Counted from the stretch's first letter, positions 49,888-61,219 are shown. The stretch is DNA of 64,000 nt from Alphaproteobacteria bacterium (GCA_964291215.2 OZ219791.1:1568001-1632000), one strand, 5' to 3'. The notes: generated from the sequence alone by a model not told the origin. Translations and numbers: made by a program.

Positions 49888-52083
49888 ATGTCGAACCTGG
49901 GCAAACCACTGGATGAACGCGGTGAACCCGAGGTACTTGCGGGTCTCGTCGAACGTGTGACCTTTCACAATGACGAGAACGGTTTCAGCGTTCTTCGCGT
50001 CAAGGTCAGGGGCCGCCGCGATCTCGAAACGGTGATCGGCCATGCCCCGGCGATCGGAGCCGGGGAATGGATCACGGCTTCCGGCGAGTGGGTGGAAGAC
50101 CGCAGCTACGGCCGTCAGTTCAAGGCACGCTTTCTCCGAACGTCGCAGCCGACCTCTATCGAGGGGGTCCGGAGGTATCTGGCCTCCGGCATGATCCACG
50201 GTATCGGCAAGGTCTACGCGGCGAAGCTGGTGCAGGCGTTTGGAGAGGATGTCTTTGACGTCATCGAGAACCGTCCCGAGAGACTACGGGAAGTGAGCGG
50301 GATCGGTCCGGTACGGGCTGCCCGCATCGTCGAGGCGTGGGCGGAGCAGAAGGTCGTGCGCGAGATCATGGTGTTCCTCCATGAGCACGGCGTCAGCACC
50401 GCTCGTGCAGTCCGCATCTTCAAGACATACGGCGTCGACTCGGTGCAGGTGATGTCCGAAAACCCGTACCGTCTCGCGCGCGACATCCGCGGCATCGGAT
50501 TCAGGACGGCCGACGTGATCGCGATGCAGCTCGGCATCGAGAAGACGGCGATGATCCGGATCCGTTCAGGAATTTCCTTCGCTCTTGCCGAAGCGATGAA
50601 TGACGGCCATTGCGGATTACCGCGCGACAGGCTGATTGCGGATACCGCCAGCCTTCTGGAAGTTGCTCCGGACCTCGTCGCCGATGCACTGGAGCAGGAG
50701 ATTGGCGACGGTTTCGTGGTGGTCGACAGGGTCGGGGACACGGAATGCGTCTTTCTGCTTGCGCTGTACCGCGCCGAGGCTTATATCGCGCGCCGGCTTC
50801 ATGCGTTGCGTCGCGGCGACCGCCCGTGGCCGGAGATAGACGGCGACAGGGCTATCCCGTGGGTGCAGCAGCATACCGGCCTCAAGCTCGCCGACAGCCA
50901 GAAGGAAGCGGTGCGCACGGCGCTTCTTTCAAAGGTCATGGTCGTCACCGGCGGGCCCGGTGTTGGCAAGACGACGATCGTCAACGCGATATTACGGATT
51001 CTCGCCGCCAAGCAGGTCCGGATTGCGCTGTGTGCGCCGACGGGCCGCGCCGCTAAACGCATGGCCGAGGCCACCGGACGCGAGGCAAAGACGATTCACC
51101 GGCTGCTCGAGGTGGATCCGCGCTACGGTACCTTCCGGCGAACCGAGGAAAACCCGCTTGAGTGCGACCTCCTGGTTGTCGACGAGGCCTCGATGGTCGA
51201 TGTCATGCTGATGTACGCGTTGCTGAGCGCTCTGCCGGGGAACGCGGCGTTGCTCGTGGTCGGCGACGTGGACCAGTTGCCCTCGGTCGGGCCGGGACAG
51301 GTGCTTGCGGACGTGATCGGAAGCGGCATGCTGCCGGTCGCCCGCCTTACCGAAGTCTTCCGGCAGGCGGCGGAGAGCCGGATAATCGTCAATGCCCACC
51401 GCATAAACGAGGGCGAGATCCCCGAACTTGGCCGGCCCGACGGCGAAAGCGATTTCTATTTCGTGCGGGCGGATAAACCGGAAACCGCTCTGCAGCGCAT
51501 CATCGAGCTTGTCGGTACCCGCATACCGGGACGTTTCGGGCTCGATCCGGTCGAGGACATCCAGGTGCTGTGCCCGATGCAGCGCGGCGATGTCGGTGCC
51601 CGACGGCTCAACAAGGAGCTTCAGGAGACTCTCAACCCTTCGGAAGAGCGCAAGGTGGAGCGTTTCGGCTGGACCTTTTCTCGCGGCGATAAGGTGATGC
51701 AGACCGAAAACGATTACGACCGCGAGGTCTATAACGGCGATATCGGTTTCGTTCAGGATGTCGATCCGGAGGCTGCGGAGGTCACGGTCGAATTCGACGG
51801 CCGGACGCTAGCCTACGGATTCGGCGAGCTTGATGCGCTGGTGCCAGCCTATGCGACGACGATTCACAAGGCGCAGGGTTCCGAATATCCCGCCGTCGTC
51901 ATTCCTGTGACGACCCAGCATTACATCATGCTACAACGCAATCTCCTCTATACTGGCGTAACGCGTGGCAAGCGGCTGGTGGTTCTGGTCGGCCAGCACA
52001 AGGCCGTCGCCATAGCCGTCGGAGCGGCGTCGGGGCGGCGCAGATGGTCGAAGCTTCGCGAATGGCTTGAGGGCAACGCATAG
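49888..52083 (+). CDS. recD2: ATP-dependent RecD-like DNA helicase (RecD2)
   Basis: VERVTFHNDENG, HhH repeats, TGGPGVGKT, VDEASM, GDVDQLPSVG, TIHKAQGSEY, LLYTGVTR. Confidence 0.93.
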   Translation: MSNLGKPLDERGEPEVLAGLVERVTFHNDENGFSVLRVKVRGRRDLETVIGHAPAIGAGEWITASGEWVEDRSYGRQFKARFLRTSQPTSIEGVRRYLASGMIHGIGKVYAAKLVQAFGEDVFDVIENRPERLREVSGIGPVRAARIVEAWAEQKVVREIMVFLHEHGVSTARAVRIFKTYGVDSVQVMSENPYRLARDIRGIGFRTADVIAMQLGIEKTAMIRIRSGISFALAEAMNDGHCGLPRDRLIADTASLLEVAPDLVADALEQEIGDGFVVVDRVGDTECVFLLALYRAEAYIARRLHALRRGDRPWPEIDGDRAIPWVQQHTGLKLADSQKEAVRTALLSKVMVVTGGPGVGKTTIVNAILRILAAKQVRIALCAPTGRAAKRMAEATGREAKTIHRLLEVDPRYGTFRRTEENPLECDLLVVDEASMVDVMLMYALLSALPGNAALLVVGDVDQLPSVGPGQVLADVIGSGMLPVARLTEVFRQAAESRIIVNAHRINEGEIPELGRPDGESDFYFVRADKPETALQRIIELVGTRIPGRFGLDPVEDIQVLCPMQRGDVGARRLNKELQETLNPSEERKVERFGWTFSRGDKVMQTENDYDREVYNGDIGFVQDVDPEAAEVTVEFDGRTLAYGFGELDALVPAYATTIHKAQGSEYPAVVIPVTTQHYIMLQRNLLYTGVTRGKRLVVLVGQHKAVAIAVGAASGRRRWSKLREWLEGNA

Positions 52084-52197
52084 GAGGCGCTGGCGGACCA
52101 GCCGGCATTCGACGCGCTGGCATGAGTGCGGCGGCCGTCCGGCGCGGCAGAGGATGAGCGCGGGCCGCGGAGCGGGCCCGGATGATGATGTCGCGGA

Positions 52198-53412
52198 TCA
52201 GCCCGACGGTATCGAGAATCGCGGCCGCAGGAGCCAATACCGCCCGCTCGACTTCATGTGGCCCGCAATTTCGGCTGCCCGCGGTCCCGCGCCCCAGAAG
52301 ATGTCCGCGCGGACGGCGCCGCTGATCGCGCCGCCTGTGTCCTGCGAGACAACGAGCCGCCGGAATGGTTCCGCGCGCCCCCCGGGTAGGGTCGTTTCCA
52401 GCCATAGCGGCATCCCCAGCGGAATCCGGTGACGGTCGACGGCAACGCTTCTGCCGGGCGTCAGCGCCACGCCGGCGGTGCCGACCGGACCGGGGCCGGA
52501 CAGTTGCCGGAAGAACACGTAGGACCTGTTGGTGTGCATCAGCTTCCGACCGGCCTTCGGATTGGCCTTGAGCCATCGCCGGATGGCCTGCATCGACATC
52601 TTTTCCGCCGGAATGGCGCCGTTGCGGATGAGTGCGCGGCCGATCGCCGTGTAGGGCTGTCCGTTGAATCCGGCATAGCCCAGCCGCATGACGGTTCCAT
52701 CGTGCAGGCGTACCTGTCCCGAACCCTGGATCTGCAGGAAGAACGCGTCGATGGCGCTGTCGACCCAGACCAGTTCAAGGCCGCGGTTGTCGAGGGCGCC
52801 CCCGTCGATGCTGGCGCGGTCGTGATAGGGCTTGAGGGCGCCGTTGACCGCGAGGCCTGCAACCCGCCGGCCCTTGAGATCGTTCCGGAACCGGCTGAGG
52901 TCGACCGTTATCAGTTCCGGAGGACGCTTGTAGAGAGGGACGCTGTAGCGGGCGTCGCGCTTGCGAGATCCGCGGAGCTGGGGCTCGAAATAGCCGGTGA
53001 TCAGCCCATCCGGATTGCCGTCCCCGGCGGTAACCTGGACCGGGATGAAGTTGTGCTCGAAGAATCTCCTGGCGTCCGGGGCGCGCCCCGTGGAGGCCCG
53101 CGCTTCCCTGCACACCGCCTGCCAGTCGGCCGCGCGTCCGAACCGCCCCGTGCCGTGCCGGAGCAGCCATCTGCAGGATTTCAGGAAGGTAGCGAGTGCT
53201 GCCCGATGGTTGTCGTCGGCCCAGCCGCGCAGATCGGAGAACCGGGCGGGTTCGAAACGGACCCCGGCGCTTTCCTTGCGTTCCGCCGGGGCGCAGGCGC
53301 CGGCGGAGAGGACGAACAGCGCCAACGCGCATGTTCGCACCGGCCGCGGAGCGCCGCCTCGCTGTTGTCGGGCCGTTCGGGCCGACGCCATTGCCGCCGT
53401 GCCCGACATCAC
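52198..53412 (-). CDS. mltA: Membrane-bound lytic murein transglycosylase A
   Basis: Lipobox-like LSAGAC; ITGYFEP, FFLQIQGSG, NRSYVFF, QDTGGAISG, ADIFWG. Confidence 0.93.
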   Translation of the reverse strand: MMSGTAAMASARTARQQRGGAPRPVRTCALALFVLSAGACAPAERKESAGVRFEPARFSDLRGWADDNHRAALATFLKSCRWLLRHGTGRFGRAADWQAVCREARASTGRAPDARRFFEHNFIPVQVTAGDGNPDGLITGYFEPQLRGSRKRDARYSVPLYKRPPELITVDLSRFRNDLKGRRVAGLAVNGALKPYHDRASIDGGALDNRGLELVWVDSAIDAFFLQIQGSGQVRLHDGTVMRLGYAGFNGQPYTAIGRALIRNGAIPAEKMSMQAIRRWLKANPKAGRKLMHTNRSYVFFRQLSGPGPVGTAGVALTPGRSVAVDRHRIPLGMPLWLETTLPGGRAEPFRRLVVSQDTGGAISGAVRADIFWGAGPRAAEIAGHMKSSGRYWLLRPRFSIPSG

Positions 53413-54134
53413 TGCTGCGCGCCGGTCTCCACCAGCTTCCAGTTGGGATCGGCCGATTGCGTGTCGCGGCGGAAGGTCCAGATATCCTCGATCTCCGTAA
53501 CGTCGTTGGGATCGCCGTCAATGATCCTGTTCTCCGCGTCCCGTGTGACGTTGATCTGGCCCGACTGGAAACGGACGGTTACGACCGCATCCCGCCCTGC
53601 CATGCCGGCGTCGACGATGCTTGACGAGATACTCGTGATTTCCGTCTCAAGTGTCTCGTTTGCCCGGGTGCGTTCCTCGACGGCGTCCCTGAATTGTTCG
53701 AAGACATCTTCCGCAAGCAGGGACTGGAGTCTGTCGAGTTCGCCAGCGGAAAACGCTCTGACGATCATTTCGAACGCGTCGTTCGCGCCCTCAAGGAACC
53801 CGGCGGGATCGAAGAACCTGTCCACCTCGCGGATATTCTCGATGCCCGTCACCAATCTGTCGTCGTCGGCATCGTATGCGGGGTCCGGGCGGTGCGCCTG
53901 GGCGGCGGTCTCCTCATCGTCTTCAAAGTCGGGGTCCGCACCGTTGTCCGCGCGGCGATTGGGAAGTTCGACGACCTTGTCCCCCTTCATTTCCTGGCTG
54001 CGCTCGGCGAACGGGTTCTGCCGCCCCCGCTGATGCCCCGTCTTCTTGCCGAGCACATTCCGCAGCCTGAGCACCAGGAAAGCTGCAACCATGGCGAAGA
54101 GGATGATGTCCAGGAATTGAAATCCGTTGCCCAT
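53409..54134 (-). CDS. Tim44/TimA-family protein
   Basis: LDIILFAMVAAFLVLRLRNVLGKKTG, FDPAGFLEGA, DIWTFRRD..DPNWKLVET. Confidence 0.9.
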   Translation of the reverse strand: MGNGFQFLDIILFAMVAAFLVLRLRNVLGKKTGHQRGRQNPFAERSQEMKGDKVVELPNRRADNGADPDFEDDEETAAQAHRPDPAYDADDDRLVTGIENIREVDRFFDPAGFLEGANDAFEMIVRAFSAGELDRLQSLLAEDVFEQFRDAVEERTRANETLETEITSISSSIVDAGMAGRDAVVTVRFQSGQINVTRDAENRIIDGDPNDVTEIEDIWTFRRDTQSADPNWKLVETGAQQ

Positions 54135-54311
54135 TTGACCAGCTTTCTGCAGATGCCCCGAAATGGCCCCGGCCAAGTCTTCCGCCGCCAAGGCTGGCGG
54201 GCACACACAGGACATGATGACGCAACCGCGCTCCGGCATTGAACTTTCGTCCGAAAGCGTACACCCTGCCGTCAGTACTGTACATAAGACGTTAGCCCGG
54301 AAATCGCAAGC

Positions 54312-54818
54312 ATGGCAGTCATCTTACTGGCAGCGTTCATCGCCATTCCGGTTATCGAGATCGCCGCCTTCATCGAGATCGGCAGTTGGATCGGTCTGTG
54401 GTCGACGATCGGCGTGGTGATTGCCACGGCGGTTGCCGGTTCCGTGCTGCTGCGCCTGCAGGGCTTGGCCGTTCTGCGCCGTTTTCGCGAGAGCATGTTC
54501 CGCAACGAGATTCCCGTGGCCGAGGTCTTCGATGGCCTGTGCTTGCTCGTCGCCGGCGCATTCCTTCTCACGCCGGGGTTCTTTACCGACCTTGCCGGGT
54601 TCGCCCTCATGATTCCGTCCTTCCGGCGATGGGTTGCAAGAGGGCTGCTCAGGGGTCTCGCGAAGCGCGGGCATGTGATCTCGGCTGCCGCGAGCGTCGG
54701 TCCGGATGGCTGGTCCGGCGATTCCGGCGGGTGTGACGGGGCTGGTCCGGTAATCGACGGGGAGTTCGAGGAAATCGACAGGAAATCAGGAGCCCGGGAC
54801 AGGCGATTGACTCCCTGA
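54312..54818 (+). CDS. fxsA: FxsA family membrane protein
   Basis: FIAIPVIEIA, LLRLQG, AFLLTPGFFTD, VIDGEF. Confidence 0.92.
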   Translation: MAVILLAAFIAIPVIEIAAFIEIGSWIGLWSTIGVVIATAVAGSVLLRLQGLAVLRRFRESMFRNEIPVAEVFDGLCLLVAGAFLLTPGFFTDLAGFALMIPSFRRWVARGLLRGLAKRGHVISAAASVGPDGWSGDSGGCDGAGPVIDGEFEEIDRKSGARDRRLTP

Positions 54819-55057
54819 CGCGGCAGCTATCCGGTCATCCGGATCGGATCCCGGTCTGGTGGACGGTAGTGGAGCCAACTCTTTCCGGCCGCCGGCGCAC
54901 GGGAAGTCATTGCCCGCATGCGGCCGCGCAGGCGCGAAACCGCGCAGCCGCAGGTCTTGAAACGCGGTGGGAGATGCGAAGGGCTCTCGGGGCGGAACGC
55001 CGACCGGGCCTCCTCAGCGCGGCAAGACGCGTTGTGTCGGCTTGCGGCGCCAGATCG

Positions 55058-55642
55058 TCACGAGTTCCTTCGCTTGCTTTCGTCCGTTCCGCGCCCGGAC
55101 AGATCCCTGCGGGCGGGGATATCGAAGAGTCCCCGGTTCCGGTCCTCGCGGACCGCACCAGTTCGCGATCTGAGCAACGATGCCAGGCACGCGGCGTCGC
55201 TGCCGCCGCTGCGCAGGCGACGGAGTTCGATGTGGTCGAGCACATGCACGTTGTTCCGCCGGTAGAAATAGAGTTCGACAAGGCAGTCCGGTGTCCGGTA
55301 GCGCCGGAACTCTGCCGGCGGTTCGCTGCGAACGAAGGCCGGCCTGCCCAGCAGCCCGTCGATTTCGGCACGGGTCATGCCGAGCATCTGTTCTGGCTTG
55401 AGGGAAACCTGCTGCTCGTCGCCTGCGGTTCCGGGAGACGGCTCCGGCGTGCTGGCCGCTGACTTTGGTTCCCGCTCTGGCGCTGGCTCGGCGGCGGAAG
55501 TCCGGTCGCCGGTATAGGTCGCGGATGCGGCGGGAGGAGGAGATGCTGAGGACATATCCGCGAGATGGCATCCCGACATGCCGAGGCCGGCAGCCAGGGC
55601 GAGGCCGAGGAGTCCCGGGGACAAGCCGTGCCGCGAGCGCAT
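55058..55642 (-). CDS. Putative lipoprotein
   Basis: Signal ending GMSGC; PEQMLGM..EIDGLLGRPAFVR..RYRTPDCLVELYFY. Confidence 0.6.
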   Translation of the reverse strand: MRSRHGLSPGLLGLALAAGLGMSGCHLADMSSASPPPAASATYTGDRTSAAEPAPEREPKSAASTPEPSPGTAGDEQQVSLKPEQMLGMTRAEIDGLLGRPAFVRSEPPAEFRRYRTPDCLVELYFYRRNNVHVLDHIELRRLRSGGSDAACLASLLRSRTGAVREDRNRGLFDIPARRDLSGRGTDESKRRNS

Positions 55643-55732
55643 TGCGCCAGAGATCAGCCAACCGCGCGTTCGGTCGCGGAGGCGAGCCGCTCGGCCGGAT
55701 GACGACGGTGAAGGCGCCAACTGCCGTTCACC

Positions 55733-56227
55733 TTAGGACTTCCGGTCGGATACGGTCCCGATGTCGCCGACTATTTCTCCACCGGGCTCCACTTCGAGCT
55801 GGCCGAACCTGATGGTGCCTGCTACTCGCCCGCCCGAGCGGACGGAAAGCGTGTTGCGGACGGTAAGCTTGCCTTCGAATTTCCCGCTTATGACGGCCTT
55901 TTCCACATCGGCTTCGCCGCTGAAAGTTCCGTTGGAAGAGATCTCAATTTCCCGGCAATCCGTCAGCTCTGCCTCGACATCGCCCTCGACAATGATTCTC
56001 TCGCAGGAACCGATATTCCCAGTCAGCTTGATGTCGCGGCCAACGATGAGTTTCTTGTTGTCCGGCTCCGCCTGTCTTGGTGCAGCCCGGCCCGAGTGCA
56101 GGGGATCAGGAGCCCGCATCGGGTTCGCCGCTGCAGGGGGAAGCCGGGCGCCGGCCCGCACATCGGCCGGTTCCCCGTCCGCCTTCGGCGGGGCCTTAGG
56201 TTTGGTGGCTTCCTCGTTGCTGTCCAT
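55733..56227 (-). CDS. Bactofilin (polymer-forming cytoskeletal protein)
   Basis: KKLIVGRDIKLTGNIGSCERIIVEG...GRVAGTIRFGQLEVEPGGEIVG beta-helix repeats. Confidence 0.88.
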   Translation of the reverse strand: MDSNEEATKPKAPPKADGEPADVRAGARLPPAAANPMRAPDPLHSGRAAPRQAEPDNKKLIVGRDIKLTGNIGSCERIIVEGDVEAELTDCREIEISSNGTFSGEADVEKAVISGKFEGKLTVRNTLSVRSGGRVAGTIRFGQLEVEPGGEIVGDIGTVSDRKS

Positions 56228-56902
56228 GATGCCTTTCCTGTTGGCGACTCTTCGATTGCACCAAGATACTGCCGGTTGCGGGTGCGCTCTTCCGGCTGCC
56301 CATCCGTCCAAAAGCGATCAGGTCCTCCACCGCAACATCGTTTCGTGTGGCCGTGCGCGTCTGGACAACTCGCTGCAGAGCCGGTGGGTCTGCGCCACCG
56401 TGCCGTGGTGTTGCGACCTGTCCCGTGACCGTTGCAGCACAGCCTGTTCCGCCGACAGATGCACAGGGAGAGACACGGCTGCATTATAGTTCATCGTCCC
56501 CGGACATGACAATCGGGAATCGGCGGCGCCCTCCGGCCGGGAACTACGGTCACCGCTCATTATTCGGGCCGGATGCTCCGACACCGCGGCCTGCAGGCGA
56601 AGCCGGTTGCCGTCGGCAGGTCGCTTGCTGGGCCGCACCGGCCTTCGCTTCCGGGTGACTGTACTCACATCTCGAGCGGTTCGCCGAAGGAGTCCCGGCC
56701 TTGCTTGCTCTCGAAGGCGAGCCGGGACCGTTGCTGTCGTCGCCGATCGAGGCGGCGGGATCCGCAGGTTCTGACGGGTCCACCGACATGGAGTTGCGGG
56801 AACCTGCCGCCATGATCCCGTGATCCGGCGCGAGGATGTCTCGTGGCGCGATCCCGGCTATAAACGCCGCTGATCGTTGTCACTGTAGTACCGGAGCGTG
56901 AA

Positions 56903-57883
56903 ATGTATGATGTGGTTGGGGTCGGCAACGCTGTTGTCGACGTCATTGCTCGGGCCGACTTTGCCGACATCGAGCGGCTTGCCCTCAACAAGGGCGCGAT
57001 GACGCTTATCGAGTCCGGAGAGGCGGATCGCCTGATGGGCGAGATGACGACTGCGAAGCTGAGCTCCGGCGGCTCCGTCGCCAACAGCCTCGCCGCCATG
57101 GCCTCGCTCGGAAGCAGTGTCGCCTTTGTCGGCAAGGTGCAGGACGATGATTCCGGCCGGACGTTCCAGCGCGACATGGCGGCAATCGGGGTCGACTGCT
57201 GTCTGCCGCTCGCTGCCGAGGGCCCGGCGACCGCGCGCTGCCTGATCTTTGTCACGCCGGACGCTGACCGCACCATGCAGACATCGCTGGGCGTTAGCAG
57301 CCTGCTCGGTCCGGACGATATCGATCCCGCGGCCATCCGCGACGCGCAGATCACTTATCTCGAAGGCTACTTGTTCGACCTCGACCTGGCGAAGCAGGCG
57401 TTCGTGCGTGCCGCCGAACTCTCCCACGCGGCCGGCAACCGGGTTGCGCTGACGCTCTCGGATCCGTTCTGCGTTGCGCGCCATCGTGTCGCATTCCGTC
57501 AACTCGTCGCGGGCCATGTGGATATCCTGTTTGCCAACAGCGACGAAATCACCTCTCTGTACGAGGTGGAGTCCTTCGATGATGCGGCTGACTTGGTCTC
57601 GGCCCAGGTCGAGACCGCCGTGATCACGTGCGGCGAGGCGGGATCCGTGGTCATCGGCGGCGGAGAGAGGTTCCACGTCGACGCCGAGCCGGTTGCTGAC
57701 GTCGTCGATACGACAGGAGCCGGCGACCTCTATGCGGCCGGCGTGCTGTTCGGCCTGACGAGGGGGTACGAGCTCGATGTTGCGGGACGGATCGGAGCCA
57801 TCTGCGCCGCCGAGATTATTAGCCAGTACGGGGCGAGGCCCGAGACGTCGCTGAACGGCATCGTCAGAGAGGCGCTCGGCTAG
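56903..57883 (+). CDS. PfkB-family (adenosine kinase-like) kinase
   Basis: VGVGNAVVD, SGGSVANS, YLEGYLFD, VDTTGAGDLYAAG. Confidence 0.92.
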   Translation: MYDVVGVGNAVVDVIARADFADIERLALNKGAMTLIESGEADRLMGEMTTAKLSSGGSVANSLAAMASLGSSVAFVGKVQDDDSGRTFQRDMAAIGVDCCLPLAAEGPATARCLIFVTPDADRTMQTSLGVSSLLGPDDIDPAAIRDAQITYLEGYLFDLDLAKQAFVRAAELSHAAGNRVALTLSDPFCVARHRVAFRQLVAGHVDILFANSDEITSLYEVESFDDAADLVSAQVETAVITCGEAGSVVIGGGERFHVDAEPVADVVDTTGAGDLYAAGVLFGLTRGYELDVAGRIGAICAAEIISQYGARPETSLNGIVREALG

Positions 57884-57928
57884 GCTCCCGGCTCCATTCG
57901 ATTCGGAGTAGGCCCAGGCGGTTGAACG

Positions 57929-59767
57929 ATGACCGGACTTCGCAACATTGCGATCATTGCTCATGTCGATCATGGCAAGACCAGCCTGGTCGACCAGTTG
58001 CTGCGGCAGTCCGGGAGTTTCCGCGACGGACAGCAGGTTGCCGATCGCATCATGGATTCCGGCGCTCTCGAACGGGAACGCGGGATCACGATCCTTGCCA
58101 AATGCGGTTCGGTGACGTGGAACGGCGTGCGAATCAATCTTGTCGATACCCCCGGCCATGCGGATTTCGGGGGCGAGGTCGAGCGCATCCTGACCATGGT
58201 GGACGGAGTTCTGGTCCTCGTCGATGCCACGGAAGGACCGATGCCGCAGACCAAGTTCGTGACCGCGAAGGCTCTGGCGCTTGGCTTGCGGCCGATCGTG
58301 GTTATCAACAAGCTCGATCGTCCTGACCAGCGTGCGGAAGAGGTCGAGGTCGAAATCTTCGACCTGTTTGCCGCACTCGGCGCAAGCGATGAGCAGCTCG
58401 ACTTCACGACGCTCTACGCCTCGGCCAGGGAAGGCTGGTCGACGGCCTCTCCCGACGACCCGCGCGAAACGATGGCGCCGCTGTTCAACACCATCGTTGC
58501 CCATGTGCCGCCGCCCGCCGCCCGCGGAGATGCGTCGTTCGCCATGCTGGCGACTATTCTCGAGAACGATGCTTATCTCGGTCGCGTCCTGATCGGACGC
58601 GTCGAACGCGGCACGGCGCGAAACAACGCGCCGGTGGTTGCCGTCGGGCGCGACGGCGCGGCCTTGGAAACCGCGCGCCTGACCAAGCTCCTGGCGTTCC
58701 GCGGCGTCGAGCGGGTTCCGGTCGCCGAGGTCGCCGCCGGAGATATCGTCGCCGTCGCCGGTCTCCGGCACGCGTCCGTTGCCGACACGGTTTGTGATCC
58801 CGAACACCCCGAGCCGATTCCCGCGCGCCCCGTCGATCCGCCGACATTGTCGATGTATTTCTCGATCAATGATTCGCCCCTGGCCGGCAACGATGGCGAC
58901 AAGCTCACCTCGCGCATGCTCGGCGCGCGCCTCTATCGTGAGGCGGAAGGCAACGTCGCGATTTCAGTGGGGCACACGGAAGACGAGAATGTGTTCGAGG
59001 TCCGGGGCCGTGGCGAGCTGCAACTCGGCGTCCTCGTCGAGACGATGCGGCGCGAGGGGTACGAGCTGTCGCTGTCGCGTCCGCGCGTGCTCTTGCGCAC
59101 CGACGACGGGACCGGCGCGCGGGTCGAGCCGATCGAGGAGGTCGTCATCGATGTCGATGACGAATTCGTTGGTGTGGTGATCGGCGCCATGGGGGAGCGC
59201 CATGGCGAGATGATCGACATGGGGCCGTCGGGCGGCGGCAAGACGAGGCTGGTCTTCTACGCACCGTCGCGCGGACTGATCGGCTGGCACGGAAGATTCC
59301 TGAATGAAACCCGCGGGACTGGCGCCATGAGCCGGATCTTTCACGCCTACGGCCCCGTGAAGGGACCGGTTGCCGGCCGCCGCGCCGGCGTGCTCGTTGC
59401 CAACGGCGCTGGGCGGGCGGTGCCCTATGCGCTGGCAGCTCTTGAGGAACGCGGCGAACTGTTCATTGATCGCGGCGCTGATGTCTACGAAGGCATGATC
59501 GTCGGCGAGCACAGCCGGGATGTCGATCTTGTCGTAAACGTGTTCCGGACTAAGAAGCTGACCAATATCCGTGCTGTCGGGAACGACGACGCGATACGGC
59601 TGACGCCGCCGAGACGGTTCAGTCTTGAAGAGGCCATCGGCTATATCGAGGACGATGAACTCGTCGAAGTGACACCGGCCCACGTCAGGCTGCGCAAACG
59701 CGTGCTTGACGCCACTACGCGCAAGCGCGAGAGCCGCAGGCAGGCCTCCGGTGCCGGCCCTGCATAG
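57929..59767 (+). CDS. typA: Translational GTPase TypA/BipA
   Basis: [53 protein letters not shown]. Confidence 0.97.
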   Translation: MTGLRNIAIIAHVDHGKTSLVDQLLRQSGSFRDGQQVADRIMDSGALERERGITILAKCGSVTWNGVRINLVDTPGHADFGGEVERILTMVDGVLVLVDATEGPMPQTKFVTAKALALGLRPIVVINKLDRPDQRAEEVEVEIFDLFAALGASDEQLDFTTLYASAREGWSTASPDDPRETMAPLFNTIVAHVPPPAARGDASFAMLATILENDAYLGRVLIGRVERGTARNNAPVVAVGRDGAALETARLTKLLAFRGVERVPVAEVAAGDIVAVAGLRHASVADTVCDPEHPEPIPARPVDPPTLSMYFSINDSPLAGNDGDKLTSRMLGARLYREAEGNVAISVGHTEDENVFEVRGRGELQLGVLVETMRREGYELSLSRPRVLLRTDDGTGARVEPIEEVVIDVDDEFVGVVIGAMGERHGEMIDMGPSGGGKTRLVFYAPSRGLIGWHGRFLNETRGTGAMSRIFHAYGPVKGPVAGRRAGVLVANGAGRAVPYALAALEERGELFIDRGADVYEGMIVGEHSRDVDLVVNVFRTKKLTNIRAVGNDDAIRLTPPRRFSLEEAIGYIEDDELVEVTPAHVRLRKRVLDATTRKRESRRQASGAGPA

Positions 59768-59788
59768 GCCTGCCGGGGCCTGCGGATC

Positions 59789-61138
59789 ATGCCTAGCCGT
59801 GCCGTTGCGGCCGGGGAGACTCCCAGACTCCTGCAGGACGGCATGAAGTATCTCCTTGATTCCCGGTTTCGGACGATCTTCCTGTTCGGGATGGCAAGCG
59901 GGCTGCCGGCGCCGCTGGTGTTTGCGACGCTGTCCATATGGTTGCGCGAGGAAGGCCTTTCGCGAACATCGATCGGCTTGATCGGAGCGGTCACGACCCC
60001 CTATGCGATCAATTTCCTGTGGGCGCCGCTCGTCGACCGGCTGCGCCTGCCCCGCCTGCATCGCGCGCTCGGGCAGCGGCGGTCATGGCTGCTGGCCTGC
60101 CAGCTTGTCCTGGTACCGGCGGTGATCGCCATGGGACTGCAGAAGCCGGCGGAAGCAACCGCCGTCCTTGCCATTGCCGCCCTCATGATCTCGATCGTGT
60201 CCGCGACCCAGGATGTCGCCATCGACGCCTACCGGATCGAGATCCTCGAGCCCGAGGAGTATGGGGCCGGCGCGGCGGTCGCGATCTATGGCTGGTATGC
60301 CGGCGCGTTCATTACCGGCGCCGGGGCGCTCTATGCTGCCGCTTGGGGCGGCTGGACGACGGCCTACATGCTGTCGGCGCTGGCCATCGCAACGGTTGCA
60401 TCCGCCGTTTTCTTTGCGCGTGAGCCTGACCGTCTCCGTGAGCCGGCGCTTCCCTCGGCAGGCGTCGCTGACCGGCTGCGTCTTGCGGCCTTGGTGCCGC
60501 TGGCGGAGTTCTTCCGGCGGCTTGGCTGGCTGGCCGCCCTCGTCCTGGCCGTGATCGTGTTCTACAAGTTCGGAGACGCAATGCTCGGCCGCATGGCGGG
60601 CGTGTTCTATGTCGATTTCGGTTTCACGAGGGTCGAGATCGCGAACTACTCGAAATCCGTCGGTCTTGTCGCCACGCTGCTCGGCGTTGCCGTCGGCGGA
60701 TGGGCCTGCGTGCGCATCGGCGTGATGCGGGCGCTGTTCCTCGGCGCCTTCCTGATGATGGCCACCAATCTCGCGTTCGCCTTGCTCGCTTCGGGAGGCA
60801 AGGATTTCGGACTGTTCGCGGCAGTGGTCTTCCTGGACAACCTGACCGGAGGCATGGCGACGACCGCGTTCGTTGCCTATCTCTCGGGCCTGTGCAATCT
60901 GGCGTTCACCGCCACGCAGTACGCGCTGCTCGCGTCGATCGGCAATTTCGCGCGCATTCAGCTCGGCTCGGTTTCGGGCTGGGCGGTGGACGCCCTCGGC
61001 GGCGACTGGACTCTGTTCTTCGTCGGTGTCGGCGCAGCGTCCCTGCCCGCGATCCTGCTCCTGTGGTGGCTGGTGCGCGCCATGCGGAAGCGCGAAGGCG
61101 AGCAGCCGGCCGGAGAGACGGGCGCCGCGTCCGGCTAG
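59789..61138 (+). CDS. ampG: AmpG-family muropeptide MFS permease
   Basis: GMASGLP, FLWAPLVD, GQRRSW, SATQDVAIDAYRIE, FTATQYALL. Confidence 0.92.
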   Translation: MPSRAVAAGETPRLLQDGMKYLLDSRFRTIFLFGMASGLPAPLVFATLSIWLREEGLSRTSIGLIGAVTTPYAINFLWAPLVDRLRLPRLHRALGQRRSWLLACQLVLVPAVIAMGLQKPAEATAVLAIAALMISIVSATQDVAIDAYRIEILEPEEYGAGAAVAIYGWYAGAFITGAGALYAAAWGGWTTAYMLSALAIATVASAVFFAREPDRLREPALPSAGVADRLRLAALVPLAEFFRRLGWLAALVLAVIVFYKFGDAMLGRMAGVFYVDFGFTRVEIANYSKSVGLVATLLGVAVGGWACVRIGVMRALFLGAFLMMATNLAFALLASGGKDFGLFAAVVFLDNLTGGMATTAFVAYLSGLCNLAFTATQYALLASIGNFARIQLGSVSGWAVDALGGDWTLFFVGVGAASLPAILLLWWLVRAMRKREGEQPAGETGAASG

Positions 61139-61219
61139 GCGTAGCCATGCTGCTCCGTGGGCCTGTGTAGGTCATGGCCTGCGCGGCCGGCCGCGTCGGA
61201 GGAACACTCAGCGCTGGCG

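Noticed and set aside
56230-56900. Long intergenic regions as hidden genes or RNAs (also 10090-10376, 11570-12000, 34030-34590)
   Set aside because: No recognisable protein motifs, tRNA/rRNA or riboswitch pattern by eye; they could be eroded genes but this cannot be supported.
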